Part shown: positions 19,850 to 29,769 of the stretch, piece by piece
Layout of the letters: every line of letters starts with the position of its first letter
How positions within the stretch are numbered: position 1 is the first letter of the stretch
IMG/VR virus record: IMGVR_UViG_3300028888_000101
Coordinates: 19,476-83,475 of that record
Reading direction: 5' to 3' (one strand)
DNA length: 64,000 nucleotides
From: a virus
Lineage: Duplodnaviria; Caudoviricetes
Translations under genes and position numbers: made by a program
Notes under the pieces: generated by a model
What the model was told of the DNA's origin: nothing
What the model saw: the letters and a program-made list of their open reading frames with translations, nothing else
The model's database searches: none

Positions 19850-21298
19850 ATGGCAACGAAAAAATACCTTGACCAAACTGGACTTGCTGAAGTCGCAGGT
19901 TACGTCAACTCAAGATTGAAAACAGTTACTGCTATGCCAGTAAGTGCTAATAACAAAGCTGTTCGTCTTTACGTTGGTGAAGATACAGCAAGTTATCGTA
20001 AAGGACACATTTATCAGTATACTGTGAATACTTATTACGCTTGGAGACACGAAAGTCATCCTGGTGTATATCGTGATGTCTATACTTTGAGTGCAACACC
20101 GTCCGTTGATGATGATGTTTACGAATTAAATGAAGGACATTATGAGCAAAATGGTCTTGTAGAAGCTGTCTATAGTAACAGTATTGAGTATTCTGGTTAT
20201 AGTTGGGAAAGAACAGCTCAAGGAGATGTTGAGGAAAATCTTGGTTGGGTAGACATCTCTCTTACGGATTTTGTTAAACCTGTGGACGATTTACCATATA
20301 AAGCAGATATTGGTGACGTGGTAATTAAAGTAGGTCCAGGTACATCATATCCAAGAGGTCATATTTTCTTATGCACTGATGAAATTCACCTCTACGCTTG
20401 GGATTATGAATTCTATCCGGGAGAATTTAATTATGTTTTCACAACAACTGATTCGCCTCAGGTTGGAGACCATGTTTATAATCCTTCAAGTCAGGGTGCT
20501 GAGATTACTAACATCACGGTTGAAGATGATGTGGTTGTTGCAATCGAACTTAACAACAACGTAACATTCAATCGCAATTCTTCTCAAGATTACGATAATG
20601 CTGAATGGGAAGATATTACTGCTAGTGGTGGAAGTGCTGAAGATGTAAGTTATGAAAACGAACAGATTCCTTCAGCTACTAATGTTGAAGACGCACTCGA
20701 TACAATTATCGGAAAGATTTATTATGTAGACCCTGCAATTACATCATTTACAATGACACCAAGTACAGATACTTATGAGATTGGCTCTACTGTAAATGAA
20801 CTTACTTTTGCTTGGGCTTATAATAAAGATATTGTAAGTCAGACATTAACAGACTGTACACTTGCTGATGAGACTGTTCGTTCTGCAACTTATAGTACAC
20901 CTATCGATTCTAATAAAACATTCACACTTACTGCAAGTGATGGTGAGAAATCTGTTTCGGCAACTAAGTCAATTTCATTCAAGCATAAAGTTTATTGGGG
21001 TGCAGCTAGTGAATCTGCTAGTTTTGACTCAGCATTTATTCTTGCACTTACCGGAAAGAAGTTTGCAACAAACTATAAAGGTTCTTATAACATGAATCTT
21101 GGCGAAGGTCAGTACGGATACCTTGCTTACCCTGCTAGTTGGGGTACTGTAAGTGCTTGGTGGATTGGAGGATTCGAAGTTGAGACTTACGATTGTGGAA
21201 CAATTGAGTTCACAAACGCAAGCGGCAACACAACTACATTCCGAATTACAAGAACTACTCAGCCTAGTCTTGGTAGTATCACAGCTGAAGTAAAATAA
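19850..21298 (+). CDS. fibre segment protein (KYLD..GL-start, AYPAS.G-end)
   Basis: AAGGAGG RBS supports ATG 19850; internal repeated knob motif; Ig-like C-terminal part. Confidence 0.55.
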   Translation: MATKKYLDQTGLAEVAGYVNSRLKTVTAMPVSANNKAVRLYVGEDTASYRKGHIYQYTVNTYYAWRHESHPGVYRDVYTLSATPSVDDDVYELNEGHYEQNGLVEAVYSNSIEYSGYSWERTAQGDVEENLGWVDISLTDFVKPVDDLPYKADIGDVVIKVGPGTSYPRGHIFLCTDEIHLYAWDYEFYPGEFNYVFTTTDSPQVGDHVYNPSSQGAEITNITVEDDVVVAIELNNNVTFNRNSSQDYDNAEWEDITASGGSAEDVSYENEQIPSATNVEDALDTIIGKIYYVDPAITSFTMTPSTDTYEIGSTVNELTFAWAYNKDIVSQTLTDCTLADETVRSATYSTPIDSNKTFTLTASDGEKSVSATKSISFKHKVYWGAASESASFDSAFILALTGKKFATNYKGSYNMNLGEGQYGYLAYPASWGTVSAWWIGGFEVETYDCGTIEFTNASGNTTTFRITRTTQPSLGSITAEVK

Positions 21299-21310
21299 GG
21301 AGAATGAATT

Positions 21311-23617
21311 ATGGCAATTAAATTAGCAGATACATTAAAGCCAATGGGAGATTTCCCTGCGGCAGATGCAAGTGATGTTGAAATCACGTTACATGATGAA
21401 ACAAAGAAGTCTATTCAACAGGCTTATGAAGATGGCGACCTCGGTGGTGGAAGTAGTGATGTAGACCAAACTTACGATGCAGATTCACCAAGAGCACAGG
21501 CAGGTAAAGCTGTTGCCGAGGCTATTCAGGAAATATTTTTGGAAAATCCTGATTCGACAATTACCGCTCCGGTAGCTTCCACAGTTACTGTTTCTGAAAG
21601 TAAGGATATTTCTGGCATGTTCAAGGATGACCGAATTATTCTTCCAAGTGGTTCAACAATTAAAGGTCATGTGATTACAAACATGTCACACACTTTCGAT
21701 AACTCAATTTCAGTTTCAGCCGGACGTGTGGCAATTGACACATTTGACAGTCCTTGCGACCAAGACTACTGTTATGCCAATTCAGGCGTCACTAGCTATG
21801 CTCCTTTGAGTTCTAATGTAACAAACGTTGTGGGAACCTATCTCAATGCCGGACAGTTTAATGGTGCAGTGACAATTTCTGATACAATTAATAACATGTA
21901 TCAGACATTTGAAAATGCAGCAAGTTTCGATAGACCAATTACAATTCCTTCAGGAGTTACCAATCTCACTTCCACATTTAAGGGAGCTTCTTCTTTTAAT
22001 CAACCAATTACAATCCCTTCTGGAGTTACAGACCTCAATTCTACTTTTAATGGTGCTGCAGCTTTCAACCAACCTATCACTATTCCTGCTGGAGTTACAG
22101 ACCTCAATTCTACCTTCAAGGGAGCTTCCTCTTTCAACCAGCCTATTACAATCCCTGACGGATGTACTGATATGTTTGATATGTTCAATGGTGCAGCAGC
22201 TTTCAACCAGCCTATTAGTATTCCAGATACTGTTAATACTATTGGTTCTCTTTTCGAAGGTTGTGCTGCACTTGATTGTGATGTAAGTATTTCTTCTCAA
22301 ATCACTAATGTTCATGGTTTAATGAAGGGTTGTGAGAGCTTTAATGCAAATGTTACTCTCAATGGTGAAGTAACCGACATGTCTAGCATGTATGAGAACT
22401 GTTCTTCTTTCAATCAGCCAATCACTATTCCAAACACAGTTACTAATGCTACATATGCTTTCTCTGGTTGTCCGAATTTCAACCAGCCTGTAGGAAATCT
22501 TGACTATGTTGAAAACGCCTCTTATATGTTTAATAATTGTTCTAATTTCAATCAGCCCGTAGGAAACCTTGACAATCTCATTTATGGCACTAATATGTTT
22601 AGAAGTACAAAATTCAATCATCCTGTAGGTAACCTCAGCAATCTTGTTGACGGCAATTACATGTTAGGTGTTAGCTTCAACCAACCATTAAACCTTATCA
22701 GTCTTGTTAATGCCGAAGCTATGTTTATGGGCTCTGGTATTACTCAGCCTGTAGGTAATCTCAACAATCTTGTTCATGGTGCTCACATGTTTGAGTCATG
22801 TCTGAGTTTCAACCAGCCCGTAGGTAACCTCAGCAATCTTGTTAATGGTACTTATATGTTTAGCTACTGTTATTCTTTCAATCAGCCTGTAGGCAGCCTT
22901 ACCAGTCTTGTTCAAGGTTCATATATGTTTGGAAATTGTGAGAACTTCAATCAACCTGTTGGTAATCTTGACAATCTTGTTGATGGCTCCACCATGTTCA
23001 TGAGCTGTAAAAACTTCAATCAACCTGTAGGAAATCTTGACAATCTTGCTAATGGTTCTAATATGTTCTCGCGTTGTTCTAATTTCAACCAACCATTAAA
23101 CCTTGACAATCTTGCTAATGGTTCTAATATGTTCTCGCGTTGTTCTAATTTCAACCAACCTGTCAATCTCTCTAACTTAACTAATGGTTTTCAGATGTTC
23201 TCGCGTTGTTATAATTTCAACCAACCTGTTGGTAATCTTGACAATCTTACTGATGGTTCGCTCCTGTTTACTCAATGTCCCAATTTCAACCAACCTGTAG
23301 GCAATCTTTCCAATCTTACCAACGGTACTTCTATGTTCTCGTTTGCTCGCAGCTTCAACCAACCTGTTGGTAATCTTGACAATCTTACTGATGGTTCGCT
23401 CATGTTCTCTATGAGCAGCTTCAACCAACCTTTGTATCTTGGTGATAAAATTACTAACATGCAGGAGATGTTGTCCTCTTCTCCTTGGAAGTCCGTAGTT
23501 CATCTTCCAACTACAGTGCCTCTGTCTACTTCTAACTATATCTACAATTGTCTTGTAAATGGTAACTGTGGTGTGACAGTTCCTGCAGCAAACATCTTCA
23601 ATGACCGTGTTCTGTAG
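21311..23617 (+). CDS. BspA/DUF285-like leucine-rich-repeat surface protein, putative receptor-binding adhesin
   Basis: Roughly 25 tandem 21-23-aa FNQP repeats (FNQPITIP..VT.L..TF, then FNQPVGNL.NL..G..MF..C). Confidence 0.8.
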   Translation: MAIKLADTLKPMGDFPAADASDVEITLHDETKKSIQQAYEDGDLGGGSSDVDQTYDADSPRAQAGKAVAEAIQEIFLENPDSTITAPVASTVTVSESKDISGMFKDDRIILPSGSTIKGHVITNMSHTFDNSISVSAGRVAIDTFDSPCDQDYCYANSGVTSYAPLSSNVTNVVGTYLNAGQFNGAVTISDTINNMYQTFENAASFDRPITIPSGVTNLTSTFKGASSFNQPITIPSGVTDLNSTFNGAAAFNQPITIPAGVTDLNSTFKGASSFNQPITIPDGCTDMFDMFNGAAAFNQPISIPDTVNTIGSLFEGCAALDCDVSISSQITNVHGLMKGCESFNANVTLNGEVTDMSSMYENCSSFNQPITIPNTVTNATYAFSGCPNFNQPVGNLDYVENASYMFNNCSNFNQPVGNLDNLIYGTNMFRSTKFNHPVGNLSNLVDGNYMLGVSFNQPLNLISLVNAEAMFMGSGITQPVGNLNNLVHGAHMFESCLSFNQPVGNLSNLVNGTYMFSYCYSFNQPVGSLTSLVQGSYMFGNCENFNQPVGNLDNLVDGSTMFMSCKNFNQPVGNLDNLANGSNMFSRCSNFNQPLNLDNLANGSNMFSRCSNFNQPVNLSNLTNGFQMFSRCYNFNQPVGNLDNLTDGSLLFTQCPNFNQPVGNLSNLTNGTSMFSFARSFNQPVGNLDNLTDGSLMFSMSSFNQPLYLGDKITNMQEMLSSSPWKSVVHLPTTVPLSTSNYIYNCLVNGNCGVTVPAANIFNDRVL

Positions 23618-23713
23618 TAACTAAAGTTATTCCTAAAGTTTAACCCTATTATCTTCGTAAAAGAAGGTAATGGGGTTTTATTTTTCTAATATTAAAGTAT
23701 AAGGAGGAATAAT

Positions 23714-23944
23714 ATGGTTGTTAGCGGAGGAGTGTGTGGTCTTGTTGCATTACAAGTAGCATTAGCAAGTTCAAGAACCTCTTTCAAAAATGAAGAATAT
23801 TCTAGTAGTTCAAAGGGTTATTCCACTCCAACGTTTAATGCCAGAGTTGAACCTACAAATTCTATAAATCAAATGATTTATAAAAATTATTGTATCCCTC
23901 AATATCATAATCTTTGTTCAGATTTTTCTAATATTAATGTATAA
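23714..23944 (+). CDS. small hypothetical protein
   Basis: Strong AAGGAGG RBS; TTCTAATATTA motif upstream. Confidence 0.5.
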   Translation: MVVSGGVCGLVALQVALASSRTSFKNEEYSSSSKGYSTPTFNARVEPTNSINQMIYKNYCIPQYHNLCSDFSNINV

Positions 23945-23959
23945 GGAGAATTCTCAAAA

Positions 23960-25069
23960 ATGGCTAAAGAAGAAAAGAAATTACAGATTACTGTCGGTAT
24001 TCCTGCTTTCAAGGCACAGGACCATATCGAAGATTGTCTATCTTCAATCAACATTCAGACAGTAAGAGATATTATTGAAGTAGTTATTGCTTCAGACAAT
24101 CCTGAAGACAACTACGATTATCTTATTGAAAAGTTCCCTAAACTGACAATTAAGACTATATCTTGTGAAAAGAATACAGGTCCGGGTCTTGCAAGACAGA
24201 GAGCACTTGATAATGCTACAACAAATTGGATTACCTTCATTGATGCAGACGATGTATTTATGACACCGTTCAGCCTTGAGCAGCTTGCAAAAGGTATTGG
24301 TGAAAATGTTATCGAAGTTCAGGGTCCGTTCTATCAGGAAGTTCGTGGAAATCCACAGGTACGAACAGTACAGCGTAATGATATTGGTCATCCTTGGGTA
24401 TTCGGTCGTCTTTACAATACTCAGTTCCTTAAACAGTATGGAATTCAGTTCAGTGAATTAAGAGCAATGGAAGACGGTGAATTCAACTGGAAAATCAGAA
24501 TGTCGATTGAAGGTACTCCTTTGAAGATTAATATTATCAACGACCCTATCTATCTTTGGAGAATCGGCAGCGAACATTCAATCACAAGAATAGGAGCGGA
24601 TGATAAAGGTATTCCTCAGTACAATTTTGACCTTTGCCAAATTGGTGCTACACAGGCAAGTATCAGAGCAATCAAGTTCTGCCGGGAAAAGAATCCTTTC
24701 AATGGTGGAATTACAAGATTTGCAACTGAAATGATGATTGGTCATTACTTTACATACATTGAATGTCTTGAAAGAAAACCGGTATTTGCCGAGCAGAATC
24801 TGTTCAACGCAAAACGTTTTTATCATGAAGCATACAAAGAAATTGAACATCTGATTAACGATAAGACTTTGAAAGATATGTATACAATGCAGTATGCTGG
24901 TCATTCTCAGCAGCTTATCGGTATTATTCCTCAGATTAGTTTCAATGAATTCTTTGATAAGGTGAAGAACGATAAGTACGATGGCGAAAACGAACTGAAG
25001 GAAATCCGTTCTAAATTCAGTAAAGAAATTCTTGATAACGATAAGAAGTGCGGTGTTGCAATCTGGTGA
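23960..25069 (+). CDS. glycosyltransferase family 2 (GT-A fold)
   Basis: TVGIPAFKA...CLSS...EVVI..D, GPG.ARQ, WITFIDADD (DxD) and EDGEF motifs. Confidence 0.9.
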   Translation: MAKEEKKLQITVGIPAFKAQDHIEDCLSSINIQTVRDIIEVVIASDNPEDNYDYLIEKFPKLTIKTISCEKNTGPGLARQRALDNATTNWITFIDADDVFMTPFSLEQLAKGIGENVIEVQGPFYQEVRGNPQVRTVQRNDIGHPWVFGRLYNTQFLKQYGIQFSELRAMEDGEFNWKIRMSIEGTPLKINIINDPIYLWRIGSEHSITRIGADDKGIPQYNFDLCQIGATQASIRAIKFCREKNPFNGGITRFATEMMIGHYFTYIECLERKPVFAEQNLFNAKRFYHEAYKEIEHLINDKTLKDMYTMQYAGHSQQLIGIIPQISFNEFFDKVKNDKYDGENELKEIRSKFSKEILDNDKKCGVAIW

Positions 25070-25087
25070 CATCTGCTGATATCTGTT

Positions 25088-25153
25088 AAAATAAGGGGTA
25101 TTTTAGGTTGGTAGTGTTATTATACTATTTTCGCTAAATACCCCTTATTTTTT
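25088..25153 (+). terminator. long hairpin A (loop GTTATTAT) with T-tract
   Basis: AAAATAAGGGGTATTT...AAATACCCCTTATTTT outer stem and TAGT/ACTA apical stem. Confidence 0.7.
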
Positions 25154-25223
25154 CAATCTATGAGCGTTTAAGGGCACATTATTATATATTTTTTATCTAT
25201 TATTTCATTATAAAGGTAATCAA

Positions 25224-25829
25224 ATGGCAATAACGCAATTTAATATTTTTGAAGAATCTCAGTTTTGTGTAGGTTTCAATATTACCTTAGTCTGTGATAA
25301 TCTTAGACCAACATCTGCAAAAACTGTAACATATCCTGACGGATTCTCACTTCTTCCTTACATAACATTTAACGTACTGTTCGTAAACGGATTTGCTGCG
25401 GCAAATACAGCTATGACAATAAACGGCATTCCTGTGAAAGTAAATGATAATGGAACTCTCAAAGATTTACCTAAAGTTGGTGCAAACAATGATGTTCTTC
25501 CATACGGTTACGTATTACCTTTATATTATGATGCTACAAATAACAGATTCATTATTATAGGTAATCCAATCCTTACTTGTAATAGTGATTATATAATATT
25601 TGCTAACGGTACTATTATTTGGAATGTTGTAAAGAACAAGATAGGTTCTGAACTTGGACTTACTGCAACTAATTATACAGGTAAAGCAACTACAGCGGCT
25701 ACAGCAGATAACGCATTGGCTTGTTCAGGAAATGCAGTTACAGCTACCACAGCAGATACAGCCAAACGATTAAGAGTTCTTAGTGGAGTTCCATCTGGTG
25801 TACAAGCCGGTGATATTTGGATTCAGTAG
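25224..25829 (+). CDS. tail fibre-related protein
   Basis: A..A.TA..A repeats and terminal P.G...GDIWIQ motif typical of fibre proteins. Confidence 0.6.
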   Translation: MAITQFNIFEESQFCVGFNITLVCDNLRPTSAKTVTYPDGFSLLPYITFNVLFVNGFAAANTAMTINGIPVKVNDNGTLKDLPKVGANNDVLPYGYVLPLYYDATNNRFIIIGNPILTCNSDYIIFANGTIIWNVVKNKIGSELGLTATNYTGKATTAATADNALACSGNAVTATTADTAKRLRVLSGVPSGVQAGDIWIQ

Positions 25830-25836
25830 GTGATGT

Positions 25837-26502
25837 ATGGCTTTTTATCTGACAGAAAACAATAAAGGCGAAAGAATCAACTTTAGAGATAGTGGCAATT
25901 ATGCTCGTAGTTTTACTGGAGTATGTGAAACTCGTGGTGATTATGTAGGTGCCTCAAGATATATTTGCTATAGAACATCAACGAATAAAACATTATACAT
26001 ACCGTTCAGTAATGACCGCCAAAGTGAGATACATAATTCTGCAAATAATTATACGCTGTCATATGTTTCACCAGATATCACAATCAGTTATAGACTTGTA
26101 TGGAGATATGGTGATTACTACAGTTATGCTACTTCTGTTGATGCGTATATAACAGATATCAGACTTAATGTGAAAGTAAAAAAACCGTTAAACATATATG
26201 TGTTTGGTTGGTACAAAAATGAATATGACTATACTTGGCGTGAATTTAATAGAGGTCCTCACTCTACACTACCGGCAGGTGATACTAGACTTAGCGGTGT
26301 GTCTGTTTCTAATGGTATGTCACTTAGTAACTGGACATATTATGGTGTTGTAATTGAAGTTACTGATAGAACTACATGGAGTCAAGGCGGTGATTATCAT
26401 AAATATTATTTGATAGACTATCCTCCAAAACCAGGTAGTTCGAGTACCTATGTTCAGGAAGATACAATAACATTCTATGACATAAGAAGTATAGTAGCCT
26501 GA
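25837..26502 (+). CDS. Tyr/Ser/Thr-rich putative fibre or receptor-binding protein
   Basis: Beta-rich, aromatic composition; context. Confidence 0.45.
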   Translation: MAFYLTENNKGERINFRDSGNYARSFTGVCETRGDYVGASRYICYRTSTNKTLYIPFSNDRQSEIHNSANNYTLSYVSPDITISYRLVWRYGDYYSYATSVDAYITDIRLNVKVKKPLNIYVFGWYKNEYDYTWREFNRGPHSTLPAGDTRLSGVSVSNGMSLSNWTYYGVVIEVTDRTTWSQGGDYHKYYLIDYPPKPGSSSTYVQEDTITFYDIRSIVA

Positions 26503-28394
26503 TGATATCCATAATTATTCTATTCTGTGATAAAGACAAACATTACATTCCAAATATTCTCAAACAGATTAAAGACTACGTAAAGGTAAATCATGAAGTT
26601 ATTTTGATTGACAATAGAGATGACATATCTGAAGAACTTCATTTTGAGAATTGTCGATGTTATCAGTTTGGATATAATTCTACTCAGATACCTGCCAGAA
26701 AGAAAGGTATTGAAATGGCTAAGGGTGATTATATTTGGTTTATAGATGCTGACGATACTATTAATTATATTTATCCTGAACTTGAGGATTTAACTAAACA
26801 TGATTATGACATCATATCTTTTATAGAGTTTTCTAAGAACGAAGTTATTGAAAATAATGATGATGTAATGGCATACAACTATCGAACAATTAGCGTAGCG
26901 TTATGGAATAAATGGATAAAAACAGATATTCTTAGAAAAGTTGAAGAACATATTCCTATGGCGTTAAAAGGTCGTGCAAGTGAAGACAGTATGTTGGTTA
27001 TAGGAGCTTTGTCTATCTGTAAGACAATTTATATGTACGGCTATAAGATTTATAATTACAATATCCGTAACTCAGTATGCTGCAATCTGTTTATGAAAAC
27101 TATCGAGGACTACGAAAAAGTATTCAGGGGTTATGAAGAAGTACATCAATGTATTTACAACATGCTTACGGATAATCAAAAAGAATTATTTTTCAAACCG
27201 TTCAAATCAAATGAAGTTAATTTCTTTATACGAGTAATCTATGGTTGTTCTCCTGATATTATACCAGATTGTATTAGAATTATGGCGGAACATATTCCTC
27301 AAGAATATGGATATAAAGCATGGGATTATGTAAAGAATCTACCTTGGACAAAAGAAGGATACTTAGCCGTAACTAAATCGCTTGAAGAGATTTATCATAT
27401 AAGCACTAAAGAACCACCACAATACATTGAAAGATATACTACAGATAGTAATGGAAATGAACGTCTGTATAAACGTGAACTTGTTCCACCACAACCCATA
27501 AAACCGTTACTTGAATGGAATTATACTGTATCTATCATTTGTCTGGTTTATGACGGTAATGTAAAGTATTTGAAACCGTTCCTTGAATCTACTAAAAGAG
27601 TTGAGGTGAATCACGAGATTATTATTGTCGATAACAGAGACGATAAAACTGTTCCTCTCAGATACGATACTGAAAATACAATTATCGTTGAAACGGAAAA
27701 GAATCTCGGAATACTTGACGGAAGACGATTCGGATTTGAACATAGTACAGGAGATTATATTTGGTTTGTTGATATCGATGATGAGATAACAGAGGTAAAG
27801 AAACGTTACTATAGTGAAAGTGATATTATAAAATTTCCAGCCTTTGTAAATGATGAGGTTGTATTTGAATCTCCCTCTTTTGAATTTACAGGTATAGATA
27901 ATTGTGCCATAGAGGGTATATTGATAGGTATAAATTGTCTGTTATGGAATAAATGGATTAAGCGAGATGTATTAGAATCGGCATATAAATTAATTCCACA
28001 TTATTTCTGTGTTTTTGCAGAAGACCTTATCCTTATTACAGCCTGTCTTAAACATGCCAAAACTTGCAATCTTCTCGATATAATTCCTATGTATGCTCAT
28101 ACTAAAAATGAAAGTTCTGTAACAGCAAGAAAACTTAAGACTAAAGAAGATGTAGACAGATTATTTATCGGTAATGAACGTAGTAATGAAATACTTGAAG
28201 AATTTGGTGTTACAGAAATGCCTGAGATATGGAAGTATCATATCGGATTTTATATTCTTGAATGCACATTAAGCGATAATAAAATAAAACCATACTTTAT
28301 TGAAAAATTATACAGTATCTTTGGAAAGGAAGAAGTTATAAAGACTATAAACAGTAAATTGGATTTCTATGACCAACTGAAAAAATATATTTAA
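26502..28394 (+). CDS. tandem two-domain GT2 glycosyltransferase
   Basis: Two homologous halves, each with EVI/EII.IDNRD, DYIWF.D.DD, LWNKWIK and ED motifs. Confidence 0.85.
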   Translation: MISIIILFCDKDKHYIPNILKQIKDYVKVNHEVILIDNRDDISEELHFENCRCYQFGYNSTQIPARKKGIEMAKGDYIWFIDADDTINYIYPELEDLTKHDYDIISFIEFSKNEVIENNDDVMAYNYRTISVALWNKWIKTDILRKVEEHIPMALKGRASEDSMLVIGALSICKTIYMYGYKIYNYNIRNSVCCNLFMKTIEDYEKVFRGYEEVHQCIYNMLTDNQKELFFKPFKSNEVNFFIRVIYGCSPDIIPDCIRIMAEHIPQEYGYKAWDYVKNLPWTKEGYLAVTKSLEEIYHISTKEPPQYIERYTTDSNGNERLYKRELVPPQPIKPLLEWNYTVSIICLVYDGNVKYLKPFLESTKRVEVNHEIIIVDNRDDKTVPLRYDTENTIIVETEKNLGILDGRRFGFEHSTGDYIWFVDIDDEITEVKKRYYSESDIIKFPAFVNDEVVFESPSFEFTGIDNCAIEGILIGINCLLWNKWIKRDVLESAYKLIPHYFCVFAEDLILITACLKHAKTCNLLDIIPMYAHTKNESSVTARKLKTKEDVDRLFIGNERSNEILEEFGVTEMPEIWKYHIGFYILECTLSDNKIKPYFIEKLYSIFGKEEVIKTINSKLDFYDQLKKYI

Positions 28395-28420
28395 GTTAAG
28401 TATTTAATAAGGACTTATTT

Positions 28421-29068
28421 ATGGCAAATGTTAATATAACAGATGTAAATTGTTTCGGTGAAAATCTCAATCTTCCTGATAGTTTTGTCAAAGATATGAA
28501 ACAGACTATTTTTGACGCTGCTCATCCTATCGGTAGTATTTATATTCAGTATCCGAAAGAGAAGACACCTGCCGCTGTTTATAACAAGAATGGAATAACA
28601 TCCACTTGGTCTGACACTGCTGTAAGTTTTAGTGGTGCATTTTTCAGAGCTGAGGGTGGTAATGCGAAGTCTTTCAATGGCGGTAAACAGAACGGTCAAA
28701 ATAAGTATCATAATCATAGTGCTAATCATCAACATAATATGCAACACACTCACACTAGAGGTACTATGGAGATTACAGGTGATTATATACCAGGTGGCCG
28801 TGATTTAGACCTTGTGAATTGGGATATTCTTAAACCAGCATTTGGAATAAAACAAAACGGTATAGGAAATTTTGGTTGGGGTGCTAAAAATCCGGGCGAT
28901 TTTTTGCAAGGGAATTTCAAGGCAAGTCGTTGGTGGAAAGGCTTAAAATGTTCAGCCCCTTCAAAAACAACTACAGGTGACTCCTCAGATGAAGATACTA
29001 CTGAATATGGCGGCGATGAATTTAGACCTGAGAATTTAACTATTAAGATATGGAAAAGGACATCATAA
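28421..29068 (+). CDS. tail-fibre needle-tip module, paralog 1
   Basis: Collar IFDAAHP...QYP...GAFFRAEGG; HxH repeats; RPENLTIKIWKRTS end. Confidence 0.7.
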   Translation: MANVNITDVNCFGENLNLPDSFVKDMKQTIFDAAHPIGSIYIQYPKEKTPAAVYNKNGITSTWSDTAVSFSGAFFRAEGGNAKSFNGGKQNGQNKYHNHSANHQHNMQHTHTRGTMEITGDYIPGGRDLDLVNWDILKPAFGIKQNGIGNFGWGAKNPGDFLQGNFKASRWWKGLKCSAPSKTTTGDSSDEDTTEYGGDEFRPENLTIKIWKRTS

Positions 29069-29069
29069 T

Positions 29070-29768
29070 ATGGCTAAGACTTTAACTGAAATTATTTGTT
29101 TTGATAAAGAATCTAACATTCCTCAAAGTATATATAATGTGAAGAAACAAGCAATCTTTGACGCTGCTCATCCTAAAAATGAGATATATGTTCAATATCC
29201 TGGAACTAGTACACCAGCTGACCTATATAATAAGAACGGTATAACTTCAACTTGGCAGGTACAGACGGTATTTAATGGTGCCTTCTTTAGAGCAAGTGGT
29301 GGTAATGCGGACCCATTTATATCTTCAGGTGTCATTACAAAACAAAGTTCTCAAAACAATTATCATAGACACACTATAAATTTTCATAACCATAATATGC
29401 AGCATACTCACACAAGAGGAAATTGGGAGATATACGGTACATTAATTTTTGGTGCACGTGATATTGATGATGGATGGCGTATGAATGGGGCTTTCAAATA
29501 TACAGAATCTACATATCCCTCGTATACGTATGATTATAGGTCAGCTGAAGGTTATAGATTCGCTTTAGCTGATTTTGTAGCGAGTAGAACATGGACTGGT
29601 TCCACTTCTGATTCTATGGCAAATCAAACTAAAGAGGTTGATAATCCTACACTTAAAAAGAATACAGGAGATTCTAATCCTACAACTACAGAATATAATG
29701 GTGATTCTTCCGTACAAGAAGGAAGACCTGATAATTATACAATAAGAATTTGGAAAAGGACTGCATAA
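29070..29768 (+). CDS. tail-fibre needle-tip module, paralog 2
   Basis: Same architecture as paralog 1 with a divergent central tip. Confidence 0.7.
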   Translation: MAKTLTEIICFDKESNIPQSIYNVKKQAIFDAAHPKNEIYVQYPGTSTPADLYNKNGITSTWQVQTVFNGAFFRASGGNADPFISSGVITKQSSQNNYHRHTINFHNHNMQHTHTRGNWEIYGTLIFGARDIDDGWRMNGAFKYTESTYPSYTYDYRSAEGYRFALADFVASRTWTGSTSDSMANQTKEVDNPTLKKNTGDSNPTTTEYNGDSSVQEGRPDNYTIRIWKRTA

Positions 29769-29769
29769 T

